DNA of 64,000 nt, from positions 32,001-96,000 of the forward strand of contig CAVYLP010000002.1 in NCBI GenBank assembly GCA_963769425.1, read 5' to 3'. This stretch comes from Candidatus Bathyarchaeota archaeon (lineage in GTDB: Archaea > Thermoproteota > Bathyarchaeia > TCS64). The translations under genes and the position numbers were made by a program. Under the pieces are notes generated by a model that saw only the letters and a program-made list of their open reading frames with translations, was not told the DNA's origin and searched no databases. Positions 40,969-52,063 of this stretch are shown here, one piece after another; within the stretch, counting starts at the first letter, position 1; each line of letters begins with the position of its first letter.

Positions 40969-41113
40969 GCAGAGCGACGACCCACGTTTTTTATTTCGTC
41001 ATTATAGGGACGTCCACGTAATTACTGTAAGAGTTCACCCAAACTACCGAGCATCATCATTTTAAACAACGGCAGCCATTAACCACAGTGGACCGTTTCA
41101 GGATGCATTTCCC

Positions 41114-41767
41114 ATGGTATTCCCAGTAGAGAGCGAAGACAGGACACTCCGTAACCTGTTGATGCTCTGTCAGGACAACGCTCGCCTAGTGGTCGAAGCC
41201 TACCGCAAGTCCCTCATAGTCTTCGACCGGATAACCAAGGGGAAACCGATGGCAAGTGGTAACCCGCTGGCCGACATCCAGAAGATCATCGAGGACTCGA
41301 ACAGGGTCAAGGGCTCCACTGTTAAGGAGCTGGGGGAGATCGGCGGCATCCTTGTTAGCAGGGATGACTTCCTCCGACTCTCAAGCAGCTTCTCGGGCAT
41401 GATGGACTCGATCGAGGTCATCACGATGAGGCTAGTTGAGGTCGAGGCCCGTGGGTGGAAGCTTAGCAAGACACAGGCGGAGGACATGGGGGCCATGTCA
41501 GACCTCGGCTTCGACGCCTTAGTGAAGCTGAGGGACAGCATCATGAGCCTCGGATTTAACAGCGAGAAGGCCACTAACTTCGCCAAGGACATCGACGAGA
41601 TCGAGAAGAAGCTCGACCTTCTCTACATTAAGTTGGACCTCGACATCGTCACGGGCAAGAGCGAACTGCCCGCCATACTAATCAACAGGGACGTTGCGCG
41701 CGAACTTGAGCGCCTCGGCGACAAGGTCCACGATGCGAGCGACCTCGTCAGAATACTAGCGCTCTAG
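41114..41767 (+). CDS. DUF47/PhoU-like phosphate transport regulator
   Basis: Helical protein; RDDFLRL, IEKKLD, LERLGD..DASD. Confidence 0.75.
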   Translation: MVFPVESEDRTLRNLLMLCQDNARLVVEAYRKSLIVFDRITKGKPMASGNPLADIQKIIEDSNRVKGSTVKELGEIGGILVSRDDFLRLSSSFSGMMDSIEVITMRLVEVEARGWKLSKTQAEDMGAMSDLGFDALVKLRDSIMSLGFNSEKATNFAKDIDEIEKKLDLLYIKLDLDIVTGKSELPAILINRDVARELERLGDKVHDASDLVRILAL

Positions 41768-41778
41768 GTGGGCTGGCG

Positions 41779-42324
41779 TTGGCAACGCCCGTCGAAGTCG
41801 AGCTACTCGTCGACGGGAGACTCGTAGTCTGGTCCACCGAGGACAGTAGAAACCTCTTCAACTCCGACTTCTACGGTAAGCCTCTGGGCAACCCGAAGCC
41901 GAAGGAGGACTTCGACGAGCCCCTCATCCTCGACCTCATCGAGGGCATCTACCTCCTTGAAAAGAAGGCAGTGACGGTCCGTTCCAACAAGCGGAAACTG
42001 ACCGTGGCTGGCCTGAGGAAGGTGGCGCGTGAGAAACTGGAGAGCTTCGACGCGAAGTACAGCGTCTATCATGACCTTAGGGATAAGGGATTCGTCGTTA
42101 CCCCCGGCTTGAAGTACGGTTGCGACTTCGCCGTCTACGAGCACGGCCCCGGGATCGACCACGCTCCATACATTATACAGGTAATGTCCAGGGATGACCA
42201 GATGTCAGCGTTAGACATAGTCAAGGCGGGGCGCCTGGCCTCGACGGTGAGGAAGACCTTTATAGCGGCTATTCCTGACCGCGACGGCGTCGAGTACCTT
42301 GAGTTTAAATGGTGGAAGGCCTAA
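41779..42324 (+). CDS. endA: tRNA-intron endonuclease (catalytic subunit)
   Basis: GLKYGCDFAVY..GIDHAPY..GRLASTVRK (Y/H/K triad). Confidence 0.92.
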   Translation: MATPVEVELLVDGRLVVWSTEDSRNLFNSDFYGKPLGNPKPKEDFDEPLILDLIEGIYLLEKKAVTVRSNKRKLTVAGLRKVAREKLESFDAKYSVYHDLRDKGFVVTPGLKYGCDFAVYEHGPGIDHAPYIIQVMSRDDQMSALDIVKAGRLASTVRKTFIAAIPDRDGVEYLEFKWWKA

Positions 42325-42378
42325 TCAGTTTCGTAACCTCGTTTTACCACTCCATTAATCCTTTATTAGCTCGGGTAG

Positions 42379-42765
42379 GTGGCGTCTTGGGCGTGCTGGA
42401 TGGCTCCGAATGCCACGTTGGCGGCTGAGCTCCGGGAACTAGATGAGATAATGGAGAGGCGGCACGAAAAACTCCGAAAGGTCCTCACCACACTCAAGGA
42501 CGGCATCTCGGGCCTCCCAGTAAGGGACCCGAGAAGCGTCAAGAAGATTGAGACACACCTACATCTAATCGACCTCTCGTTCGAGGAGGTCGACCGGGAG
42601 CAGATGAGATACAGGGAGTGGCTGGACCTCGCGTCCCAGAACCGGAGTGGTATATCCGACGAGACTCTCGGACGACTGAGTGAGTATCGGCGGAAGATGG
42701 GGGCGGAGACCGACGAGGAGATGATAGAGGAGCTCCTCAGAGTTGTAGAAGTGAGGTCTCGGTAG
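42379..42765 (+). CDS. Hypothetical protein
   Basis: ORF fills the endA-truD gap; start uncertain. Confidence 0.55.
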   Translation: MASWACWMAPNATLAAELRELDEIMERRHEKLRKVLTTLKDGISGLPVRDPRSVKKIETHLHLIDLSFEEVDREQMRYREWLDLASQNRSGISDETLGRLSEYRRKMGAETDEEMIEELLRVVEVRSR

Positions 42766-42768
42766 AGC

Positions 42769-43872
42769 TTATAGCTCCGAGTCCTCCTCGTCGGGTTCTT
42801 CAACCTCAACCTCGGTGACCGAACCGTCGTTCTTCATGAATTCCCTCAAAACTACAGTAGCATATCCTCCTGCTGGGAGGGTAAATGAGAGCGTCACCCC
42901 CTCGGGGTGCTCGCTTACCTTGATCTCGGGCAGTAGCCTGCCGAGGCGCCTCGTGCCATCGGCCCCGACCCTGCGTAGGTCATCTAAAGTGACGCCAGCA
43001 TCGGAGAATATGGCGTCCTCGAGCTCCTTCGCCTCGTACTTCGTCTCCCTCATCTTGTACCCGTAGATGGGGGCAGTGAAGCTGATCTCCCCCTTCTCGA
43101 AGCGGGGCTGCTCCACCTGGGCGTCCTCGACGGTGAAGACTCCGCCGGTGTCATGCTTCTTCGCGAGGTCGCCGTTGAGAAGCCTGGTGAAGTTGCCGTC
43201 GTTCAGCCTCTTGGCGAGGTAGCGGTTGCAGAGGTGGCTCAGGTAACTGGAGACTAGGAACCGGCGGAGCCACCTGTTCCGCTCCTTGAAGTTGCCCTTT
43301 ATGAGGTCGTAGCCGTCGAGGACGTTGCCGCCGTTCTTCCCCGTCCTCTGGGAACCGAAGTAATTGGGTATCCCGAGGTGGGCAATTGTGGATTGTATCC
43401 CCTCCGCCCTCCTGAGGGCTACCTTCGGGGAGGTCTCTAGGTCCGTGACGGTGATGGTGAAAGTGTTGCCCTTGAGGTGACCCGACCTCAGCTTCTTCGG
43501 GTGCCTCCTCGCCCAGTTCACCGTGACGCCGAGGCTCGACTCGATTATCTTCGCCACCTCCTTCGGATCGTCCGCGGGCATGAGGAGGCTGAAGGTCTGG
43601 GTGGAGACGGCGTTCTTGTCCTTGAGCCCCGCGTGGCCCACGTCCTCACGCCTCAGCCCTAGGAGACTCGCGATGGCGATCTGCGTGTCCCTCGTCGTCC
43701 TCCCGCTCTTCGTCACGCTGAGGTAGATGTGGTCCCCGTACCCGAGGGGTTCATAAGCGGGCACCTCGACGACGGTAAACAGCTCCGGTCTCGCCCTGAT
43801 GACCCCGCCGATCCCTGGGAGTTCAGGAGTAACGTACGGGAGGCTGAGGTCAAGCTCGGGGGGTTGGGCCAT
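42769..43872 (-). CDS. truD: tRNA pseudouridine(13) synthase
   Basis: AGLKDKNAVSTQ, GNTF, PNYFGSQR, LPAGGYATVVLRE. Confidence 0.92.
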   Translation of the reverse strand: MAQPPELDLSLPYVTPELPGIGGVIRARPELFTVVEVPAYEPLGYGDHIYLSVTKSGRTTRDTQIAIASLLGLRREDVGHAGLKDKNAVSTQTFSLLMPADDPKEVAKIIESSLGVTVNWARRHPKKLRSGHLKGNTFTITVTDLETSPKVALRRAEGIQSTIAHLGIPNYFGSQRTGKNGGNVLDGYDLIKGNFKERNRWLRRFLVSSYLSHLCNRYLAKRLNDGNFTRLLNGDLAKKHDTGGVFTVEDAQVEQPRFEKGEISFTAPIYGYKMRETKYEAKELEDAIFSDAGVTLDDLRRVGADGTRRLGRLLPEIKVSEHPEGVTLSFTLPAGGYATVVLREFMKNDGSVTEVEVEEPDEEDSEL

Positions 43873-43907
43873 TTCGGTTGATAGAGAATAGGCTAGGGAA
43901 AAAGGGT

Positions 43908-44960
43908 TTAGGTGGACTGTGGGCTCCAGTCCGGGACGGTCCAGGGGAACGGCTTCCCCTTCGAGTAGGCCTTCAGAGGCTCCCTGTAGGGGAACAGCGC
44001 CACCGCCCCGCCGGTGTGTAGGAAGAGGACGTTGTCGCGCTTCCTGAACTTCTTCTTCCTGCAGAGGTCGATGAGGCAGGCCATTGCCGTGGCGGTGTAG
44101 ACGGGGTCTATGAGGATGCCCTCCGTCTCCGCCAGCACCTTTACCGCCTCCGCCTTCTCCTTGCTTATGACGCCGTAGCCGCCCCCGACGTACTCGTTGT
44201 AGACGATGATGTCAGACATGGGTATCTCGACGTCGAGGTCGAGGACATCATGGCTGTCCTTTATGATCTGGTTGACGCTCGCCTGCATCTCCTCCTTCGA
44301 GGTCCACCCGACGGCGGCGCCGACGATCTTCGTGCCCGTGTTCAGGGCCCTCGCGCCCATGACGAGCCCCGCCTGCGTCCCACCGGAACCGGTGCCGTGG
44401 ACTACGTAGTCGAAGTCTACTCCCATCTCGGAGGACTGGTTGAATGTCTCCAGCATAGCGTTGACGTAGCCGGCTGCGCCGAGGGGGACTGATCCGCCGA
44501 CGGGGATGAAGTAGGGGTTCTTGCCCTTCTTCCTCTGCGCCTCCATCTCGGCGTCTAGAGCCCCATTGAACTTCTCAGGCCGAACTACCTTGATCTCGGC
44601 ACCCATGAGCTCGTGGAGGAGGTGGTTGCCATCCCACTCCTTCGGCTCCCAGCCATCCTTCGGCCCATTCTTGACGAGGACACAGTCGAGGCCAAGCTTA
44701 CGTGCGGCGGCCACCGTCTGTGTGCACCAGTTTGAGTGGAACCCGGCGCCCGTCACTATGACGTCCGCCTTCTTCGCAAGGGCGTCCCCCATGAGGTACT
44801 CGAGCTTCCTCGCCTTGTTACCCCCGAAGGCGAGGCCTGTCAGGTCATCCCTCTTAACCCATATCCTCGGGCCGCCCAGCTTCTTAGTGAGGTTCGGCAT
44901 CTCTTGAATGGGTGTGGGGAGGTTCGCGAGCCTTGCCCTAGGCAACGATCCCAGCTTCAT
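43908..44960 (-). CDS. D-cysteine desulfhydrase/ACC deaminase family PLP enzyme
   Basis: KRDDLTG..GGNKARKLEY, GSGGTQAG, DPVYT, FLHTGG. Confidence 0.9.
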   Translation of the reverse strand: MKLGSLPRARLANLPTPIQEMPNLTKKLGGPRIWVKRDDLTGLAFGGNKARKLEYLMGDALAKKADVIVTGAGFHSNWCTQTVAAARKLGLDCVLVKNGPKDGWEPKEWDGNHLLHELMGAEIKVVRPEKFNGALDAEMEAQRKKGKNPYFIPVGGSVPLGAAGYVNAMLETFNQSSEMGVDFDYVVHGTGSGGTQAGLVMGARALNTGTKIVGAAVGWTSKEEMQASVNQIIKDSHDVLDLDVEIPMSDIIVYNEYVGGGYGVISKEKAEAVKVLAETEGILIDPVYTATAMACLIDLCRKKKFRKRDNVLFLHTGGAVALFPYREPLKAYSKGKPFPWTVPDWSPQST

Positions 44961-45033
44961 ACAGATCGGTGAAGAATCCGTCGCTGGGCAGTATAACATC
45001 TTTGACCCCCTGTGGCAGGATTTATCCGGCCAA

Positions 45034-46029
45034 GTGGGTGCCTATGATCCGTTGTCCGGGCAGTACAGGGTCAGGTGGTTCGAGGAGGGGGACCTCCCCG
45101 CCTACATTCGGGGGCTAAACGAGAACCTCTACGACGAGTACGACGAGGCGAGGTTCAGGTGGAAGATGGTGGACAGCCCTTTCAGCCTCGGCTTCGTGTC
45201 GATCGCCGTCGTGGAGTACGCGGGGGAGCCGGTGGCCTTCAACAGCTTCCTCCCCCTCAGGGTGCGGCGGGGTAAGGACATCTTCCCTATCGTGCAGGGC
45301 TGTGACGGCTTCGTCGAGCCCGAGCACAGGAGGATGGGCCTCTTCCAGGAGACTCTCAAGTTCGCTTTCGGGGAGCTCGCTGGGATGGGACCCGAGATGC
45401 TGATGGGCTTCAACTTCGCGGGCTCCGCGGGGGCTGCGCAGAAGGTGGGCTCCACCCTGACCTGCGATTTCCACGCCCTCTGCGCCAAGGCGACCGACCT
45501 CAAGAGCGTCGAAGGGTCGAACGGGGTCGAGATAGAGCCCTGCAGCCTCGACGAGCTCCACGCTCTCTACGAGAATTGGGGCAAGGCCACACCGAAGCTC
45601 CACTACCAGAGGACTCCCGAGTACCTTCGCTGGCGGTACAGCCATCCGATAAGGCGGAGCAGGTTCTATCGCATCCGAGAGGGAGGCGACACTGGCTACG
45701 CCGCCGTGAGCATGGAGAGAGACGGCGCATCGAATACCCTCTTCCTCGAGGACTACTCCCCGATATTAGAAGGGCCACGGGTCCTCTCGGCCCTAATTAA
45801 ACAATTGCTGGATGAGGACGAACCGGTCAACGAGGTCTACCTGACCGAAGCCACGGGCTCGCCGATGAGCGAGGCGACTCAGCAGCTCGGTTTCGCCCCT
45901 GACCACTACTACACGCTAATCATGAAGAACATCAGAGGGCTGGAGGAATCCGGGAAGAAGCTATACAAGGGCGGCGTCGAGCTGACTAACATCGGGAATT
46001 GGAGAATAGTGTCGTCGGATATCTTCTAG
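45034..46029 (+). CDS. GNAT-family protein (tandem GNAT fold)
   Basis: FRWK, DGFVEPEHRRMGLF, RTPEYLRWRY; start uncertain. Confidence 0.75.
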   Translation: MGAYDPLSGQYRVRWFEEGDLPAYIRGLNENLYDEYDEARFRWKMVDSPFSLGFVSIAVVEYAGEPVAFNSFLPLRVRRGKDIFPIVQGCDGFVEPEHRRMGLFQETLKFAFGELAGMGPEMLMGFNFAGSAGAAQKVGSTLTCDFHALCAKATDLKSVEGSNGVEIEPCSLDELHALYENWGKATPKLHYQRTPEYLRWRYSHPIRRSRFYRIREGGDTGYAAVSMERDGASNTLFLEDYSPILEGPRVLSALIKQLLDEDEPVNEVYLTEATGSPMSEATQQLGFAPDHYYTLIMKNIRGLEESGKKLYKGGVELTNIGNWRIVSSDIF

Positions 46030-47447
46030 CCCTTGAGCCAGTCGACCTCGTCCTCCTCGAGCCCCAGCCACGCTGTCGCGGCCTCCGCCATCGCCGCGTT
46101 CTTGTACATGAGGCGGATGAGGGGGATGACCTCGGAGATGGCTTCCTTGCTCGAGATGTGGCACTTGACGGCGACCTTCGCGGCGACGTCCTGCAGCTTA
46201 TGGCGGCTGTGGTAGGTGCGTATATATCTCCACTTGAGCTGGGGTGGGCGTAGGTAGGGGATGGACCAGCCGTTCCCGCCGCGGACCCAGGTCGCCCCGA
46301 GCCCCCTCAGAGCCTCGTTTACGCGCCTCCAGTCGTCCCCCATGTACTTGACGGGCTTCACTAGCATCCCCGCCGCAGTCTCCTGGGTGACGAAGGCGCT
46401 CTGAGGGTACCCTAGCTTAGTCGTCGCCGTCATTACTTGTCGGCGGAGGCCGAGTCCCTCGCTGTGCCCCCTGCTGAAGGCGACACCCCCCGTCATCGAG
46501 TTGAACATGTACTTCTGGAGCCTGTAGCTGCTGCTCCGTGCCCTCTTCTCGAAGATGTCGGCGCGGCTCAGTGCCTCGAGCCCCTCGGCGAGGTCCCTCT
46601 TGTCGTCGAGTATCAGGGGGAGGTTCTCGTATATCCAGTCAAATAGCTCCTCGTGGTCGATGTAGGCCTGCCCTATGGCCTTGCGAGCCTCGTAGAGGGT
46701 CTTTGCGGCGAAGATGTTGCGCACAAGGGCAGGGGTGTACTCCTGCCTGTCCCTATGGCCGAGGCCCTCAACGTCCTCGACGGTCACCACCCCCTTCCCG
46801 CGTGCGATGGTTTCAAGGTCGTTTATTGCTGAGCGTAGATCACCCTCACAGTGGATGGCGAGAGCCTCTAACGCCTCCGGAGGCGCATCGAGCTTCAGCT
46901 CCCTCGCTATCTTCTCCAGCTTGGTGACTACGTCCATCGTTGGAATGGGTTTGAACTCGATGGCGATCGCCTTGTCTCGTAGGGGGCGGAACTTTTCGTC
47001 GTTGTCCTCCGCGATGGCCGTTGCGATGAGGATGATGGGTGCGCGAGTCATCTTGATGATGTCGGAGATGGCGGCGATGCCCCCCTGGTCCTCGTGGCCG
47101 CTCACCCCCTCCATCTCGTCGAAGAGGATGAGGCGCCTCTTCCCGAAGATGGTGATGTTCTGCGTCGCGGCGCGCCCGATGAGCTCCTCCATCCGGGTGC
47201 GGGTTCGGTAGTCGCTGGCGTTGACCTCTAGGAGGTCGAAGCCGAGCTCCTCGGCGAGGACATGCACGCTGCTCGTCTTCCCAGTGCCGGGTGGGCCGTG
47301 GAGGAAGACGGCCCGCTCCTTGGGCACTCCCTTCTCCCAGCCGCGGAGCCAGAGCTTGAGCTCGTTTACTGCCTCCCTGTTGTCGGCTATGTCCGCGACG
47401 GTGCGTGGCCTGAACCTGACCGCCCAGGGTAGCCTGTCCGCGCTCAA
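46026..47447 (-). CDS. rfcL: Replication factor C large subunit
   Basis: GPPGTGKT, EVNASD, LFDE, GDLRSAINDL, WIYEN, LSRAD. Confidence 0.92.
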   Translation of the reverse strand: MSADRLPWAVRFRPRTVADIADNREAVNELKLWLRGWEKGVPKERAVFLHGPPGTGKTSSVHVLAEELGFDLLEVNASDYRTRTRMEELIGRAATQNITIFGKRRLILFDEMEGVSGHEDQGGIAAISDIIKMTRAPIILIATAIAEDNDEKFRPLRDKAIAIEFKPIPTMDVVTKLEKIARELKLDAPPEALEALAIHCEGDLRSAINDLETIARGKGVVTVEDVEGLGHRDRQEYTPALVRNIFAAKTLYEARKAIGQAYIDHEELFDWIYENLPLILDDKRDLAEGLEALSRADIFEKRARSSSYRLQKYMFNSMTGGVAFSRGHSEGLGLRRQVMTATTKLGYPQSAFVTQETAAGMLVKPVKYMGDDWRRVNEALRGLGATWVRGGNGWSIPYLRPPQLKWRYIRTYHSRHKLQDVAAKVAVKCHISSKEAISEVIPLIRLMYKNAAMAEAATAWLGLEEDEVDWLKG

Positions 47448-48406
47448 CTTTCTTCACTTGCTAGGGCTAGCTTCGCGATGAGTGTGCTGAGCTGTATCTC
47501 GGGGCGTGCCCCCTGTGTGAGGCGGAAGTCGATCTCCCCGACGGTGTCGCTTATCCTCACCTTCCACTTCTCGGGCATCTGCATGCGCATCAGCTCGGAG
47601 TAGACCATCCTGAGCACGTCCTCGGCGCCTAACCCCTCGTCGATGAGGAGGCTGCGTAGAATTTCCCGCGCCTCTAGGAACTCGCCCTTCATGCCGAGGT
47701 TTATCATCTCGCGGACGCGCTGTGGGCTGACCTTCCCGAGGACGCTGTAGATGGCGATGTCATCGACCTCCCCCTGCGTCGCGGCGGCCGCCTGCAGGAG
47801 ATTCGTCGCCTTGCGCATATCCCCGCCGCTCGCCTCGAAGACGGCGTCCAGCCCCTCAGGGATGAGCTTGACCCCCTCCTTCTTCGCTATCGTAGTGATG
47901 TAGCTCTTCACGTCCTTCTCGGCGAGGGGGCCGAACCTGAAAACGCTGCACCTGCTCTGGATTGGGTCGATTATATTCTCACTATAGTTTCCGATGAGGC
48001 AGAAGCGGCAGGTGCGTGTGTAGACCTCCATCGTTCGGCGGAGCGCGTGCTGCGCAGCCGTCGTGAGGCTGTCCGCCTCGTCGAGCACCAGTATCTTGAA
48101 GGAGACCTCGCTGGCGATGGCGGCTGTCCTGGCGAAGTTCTTCACCTTCTCCCTGATGACGTCGATGCCGCGCTCGTCGCTCGCGTTAAGCTCCAGGATG
48201 TAGTTCTGGAAGCCGGGGCCGTATAGGTCGCGTGATAGGCAGAGGATACTGGTTGTCTTCCCAACGCCCGCCGGCCCAACGAGCAGGAGGTGGGGGAGGT
48301 TCTTGTCCTTGACGAAGCTCTTGAACCTCGAGACGATTTCCTCCCTGTCGACCATCTCGTCGAGGGTCTTGGGTCTGTACTTCTCCGCCCATACACCGCT
48401 GCTCAT
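47444..48406 (-). CDS. rfcS: Replication factor C small subunit
   Basis: WAEKYRP, GPAGVGKT, ELNASDERG, LDEAD, SRC. Confidence 0.95.
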   Translation of the reverse strand: MSSGVWAEKYRPKTLDEMVDREEIVSRFKSFVKDKNLPHLLLVGPAGVGKTTSILCLSRDLYGPGFQNYILELNASDERGIDVIREKVKNFARTAAIASEVSFKILVLDEADSLTTAAQHALRRTMEVYTRTCRFCLIGNYSENIIDPIQSRCSVFRFGPLAEKDVKSYITTIAKKEGVKLIPEGLDAVFEASGGDMRKATNLLQAAAATQGEVDDIAIYSVLGKVSPQRVREMINLGMKGEFLEAREILRSLLIDEGLGAEDVLRMVYSELMRMQMPEKWKVRISDTVGEIDFRLTQGARPEIQLSTLIAKLALASEES

Positions 48407-48575
48407 GACGATTCACCTGATAACCCCCGGGGGCGTTTTTTAAGGCTTCTAGGAGGTGGCGAGCCTAGGGGAGATGGGTGAAATTGGTCCAACTTTCAGC
48501 ATCGCCCAATTGAAGTAGCTTTAAATCTTCGAGTCGTCGCCTCTCCGTTTTAGGTGTTTACGCGGAGTGTAAACG

Positions 48576-50238
48576 ATGAGAAGGTACCTGCTTAAGGTAG
48601 TGGGGGGGTTCACCCTCCTGGCTGCCATGGCCTATCTTATCGGTACCTTCTCACCATACCCTGAGATGAAGAATTTACCTTTATTCACTCTAACTACCGT
48701 TTGGAGGATCTTTTTTACCCTCATGATTTCGGTGGCATGGGGTGTATCTTTTGGAATCCTGGCAGCTACGAACAAGACGTTCGGGAGGATACTCACCCCG
48801 ATAGTCGATATTCTCCAATCCATCCCGATACTAGGATATTTCCCACTTGCTATAGGCTTCCTCTACGCTTGGGGTGCTTGGGGCATCGAGACATCTGTCA
48901 TTTTACTGTTATTCACATCGATGGCATGGGCCATCTACTTTGGTGTGCTCGGGGCTATCAGTAGCATACCGGCGAATGTAGTCGAGTCGTCCAAGAGCTT
49001 TGGAATTCAAGGTTGGAAATATACTCGACACATCGTACTTCCCGCGATAGCCCCCGCGGTTGTTTCAGGCGCGAATCTAGCGTGGAGCGACGGCTGGTTC
49101 TTCATGATAGCTGCTGAGTACGTCCAATACCAGCAGAAAGTTGTATCACCCCCGTCGGGTGGAGTGGGCTACCTTCTAGCCCAAGCAGCATATTTTTATA
49201 AAGACATGAATCTTGCCATCATACTCCTAGTCTTCATCACAACACTAATCATCGTAATCAACAGCCTCACGTGGCACAAACTAATGGACAAAGCTAATAC
49301 AGGCACATTCAAACCCATCATTAGCATCGACCTTTCCGGTGTTGGAAAAATAATAGCGGCTGAAGAATCAAGTATCTTAGCTTTAGGTATACACATGCCG
49401 AAGGGCTTCTCGGCCGTAAGCCAGAGGTTGAGACAGTACTCCCGATTAGAGAGGATCATCCTTTGGTGTGTTCTAGGCGGCTTACTACTCTATTTTGTTG
49501 TAATCGAATACGATCATTTCCCTGCGCTCAGCATCGTTCAACAAGGATTGTCTTCGCCACCTGCTGACCAGCTCGGCAATCTATCTATGTTTATACTTCT
49601 CACGATGGGGAGACTCACGATCGCTTACTTAGTCTCGTTAGTTGTAGCCATTGGTCTAGGTGTACTCGCCGCTGAAAGCAAACGCGCGGCTTCGCTAATC
49701 TACCCGATCTACGACATAGGCCAAGGTGTCCCAATACTCGCCCTCTTTCCCGTCATATATCTTGGATTAAGCGGGGTAGTCGGATCTCAGAGACTCGCTC
49801 TTGAAATAACGTGCATCGTGATGCTTGTCCTAGATATGATATGGTATATGTTCATCAACATTACTAGCGCGATCAAGAATATACCCACAGAGATTAAGGA
49901 GGTTGGATCGCTCTTTGGCTTCAAGGGGCTTCATAGAATAACCCATCTCATCATTCCCTCGATTCTCCCTGCAATAGTGACCGGTAGCATACTGTCATGG
50001 GGGACGGGTTGGAACACGATAATCTTCTCCGAGTATCTCCAGTCATCCGAACCCGGAGTACCATCAGTATGGGTTCCAGGGATTGGCTCGCTTCTCGACC
50101 TGTCGAAACTTTTATGGAAATACCATTGTGCTAGTGTTCCTTCTCGTCATCATATGTGTAATAGTTTTGTCGATGGAAGGCCTGATCTGGAGGCGTCTCA
50201 TCAGGCGATTCGAGAAATACAAGGTGGAGGTCGGATAA
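48576..50238 (+). CDS. NitT/TauT-type ABC transporter permease (duplicated domain), frameshift near 50107
   Basis: DILQSIPILG and DIGQGVPILA repeats; WFFMIAAE. The last TM helix is in the shifted frame and ends just before the ATPase ATG. Confidence 0.85.
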
Positions 50239-50239
50239 G

Positions 50240-51016
50240 ATGTCAGTGCTTGATGTACAACACGTCAGAAAAGTCTTCAAAGAGGACAAGAATGAGACCC
50301 TCGCCCTCGACGACGTGAACTTCACCGTGAATAACGGTGAGTTCGTACTACTCGTCGGACCATCCGGATGCGGCAAGTCCACTATGCTCCGAATTATCGC
50401 CGGGCTTGAGCAGGCGACCGCCGGCGAGGTCATCTTCGAGGGAAAACCAATCATCGCAGTCCGAGCACCGAAGATTTCCATGGTTTTCCAGCTATTCGGG
50501 CTCCTCCCCTGGAAGACGGCCCAAGAGAACGTCGAAGTTCCCCTCGAGATACTCGGGGTCCCGAAGAAGGAGCGCACCGAGGCTGCGAAATCGTATCTAA
50601 AGATGGTCCATCTCGAGGGCTTCGAAAGCACTTACCCCCACGACCTCTCGGGCGGAATGAAGCAGCGGGTCGGAATTGCCCGCGCACTTGCCCTTAAGCC
50701 AGAAATCCTCCTCATGGACGAGCCCTTCAGCAGCCTCGACGAGTTGACGGCGAAAACACTGAGAGATCTCACCCTCAGCATTTGGCGGAAGAGAGATGAG
50801 CCTCCTGATAGTGTTCTTATGGTCAGCCACAACGTCGAGGAGGCAGTCTACCTCGCGGATAGGGTAATCGTAATGTCGGGTAGACCCGGACATGTCGTCG
50901 GAGACGTAAAGATCGATATCCCCCGCCCGCGTTCAGAACACATTCGCGACTCAGTCTATTTCCACTTCGTCGACGAGGTCATGGAAATGCTGAACGCCGG
51001 TAGCGAAAAGCGATAA
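50240..51016 (+). CDS. NitT/TauT-type ABC transporter ATP-binding protein
   Basis: GPSGCGKST, LSGGMKQR, LLMDEPF, SHN. Confidence 0.92.
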   Translation: MSVLDVQHVRKVFKEDKNETLALDDVNFTVNNGEFVLLVGPSGCGKSTMLRIIAGLEQATAGEVIFEGKPIIAVRAPKISMVFQLFGLLPWKTAQENVEVPLEILGVPKKERTEAAKSYLKMVHLEGFESTYPHDLSGGMKQRVGIARALALKPEILLMDEPFSSLDELTAKTLRDLTLSIWRKRDEPPDSVLMVSHNVEEAVYLADRVIVMSGRPGHVVGDVKIDIPRPRSEHIRDSVYFHFVDEVMEMLNAGSEKR

Positions 51017-51116
51017 GCAGACCACCCGTGAACCATTTTACTGTAATTATTACAAAAACCTAGTCCGTTTAGGGGTTTAATCTGTTTTTTATACGCCTTG
51101 GGCACCAGTCATAGAC

Positions 51117-52058
51117 ATGGCTAAAGTCAAACCCTTCATAATCGGGACCCGGAACGCCGGCGAGTTCCTACATGCGGGCGCCAAGGTGCTGCGCGATGGT
51201 GGCTCAGCGATCGATGCCGTCGAGGCTTCGACGAAGCTCGTGGAGGCGAACCCTAAGGATGACAGCGTCGGCTACGGGGGCGTGCCCAACCTCCTCGGTG
51301 AGGTTGAGCTGGACGCCAGCATAATGGACGGTAAGACCCTGAGGACCGGCGCCGTGGGCGCCGTTAAGGGGTACATGCACGTCATAAGCATCGCCCGTAT
51401 GGTGATGGAGAAGACTCCACACGTGATGCTGGTGGGCAGCGGCGCGGAGCTGTTCGCGAAGTCGATGGGCTTCAAAAAGCAGAATCTTCTCACGAAGGAG
51501 GCGAAGGCCGCCTATCAGAGCTTCCTGACGAAGTACGCTGACCTGCCCAAGGAGGGTGAGAAGCCCTGGTACGTCAACTACGACGTCGACTTCGGTCTAC
51601 GCGGCTGGTACGACAAGCTTAGCGACAAGCAGCATGGCACCGTCAACATCATGGCGATCGACAAGAACGGCGACATCTGCAGCGGAGTCAGCACCAGCGG
51701 AACCGCCTTCAAGTTCCCCGGGCGCCTCGGGGACAGCCCGATAATCGGAGCGGGCAACTACTGCGACAACCGCTTCGGCGCGGCCGCCTGCACGGGGCGC
51801 GGGGAGCTCGCGATACGCCTCAGCCTCGCCAGGACCATCCTCAGCTATATGGAGAACGGCATGACCGTCCGCGAGGCGTGCGCACGCGGCATGAAGGACA
51901 TAAACGAGCTTGGCGAGAAGGGCGGAATGAACTGCCTAGCCATGGACAACAAGGGTAACACGATGAGCGCCTCCACCAGCCGGGAGAACTTCCACTGGTA
52001 CATGGACGTCGACTCCAAGGAGGCCGAGCAGCGCAAGGGCATCTACATCCCGGAGTAG
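51117..52058 (+). CDS. Isoaspartyl peptidase/glycosylasparaginase (Ntn hydrolase)
   Basis: SVGYGG, ELDASIMDG, GTV, STSG, GRLGDSP, TGRGE. Confidence 0.9.
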   Translation: MAKVKPFIIGTRNAGEFLHAGAKVLRDGGSAIDAVEASTKLVEANPKDDSVGYGGVPNLLGEVELDASIMDGKTLRTGAVGAVKGYMHVISIARMVMEKTPHVMLVGSGAELFAKSMGFKKQNLLTKEAKAAYQSFLTKYADLPKEGEKPWYVNYDVDFGLRGWYDKLSDKQHGTVNIMAIDKNGDICSGVSTSGTAFKFPGRLGDSPIIGAGNYCDNRFGAAACTGRGELAIRLSLARTILSYMENGMTVREACARGMKDINELGEKGGMNCLAMDNKGNTMSASTSRENFHWYMDVDSKEAEQRKGIYIPE

Positions 52059-52063
52059 AGACG

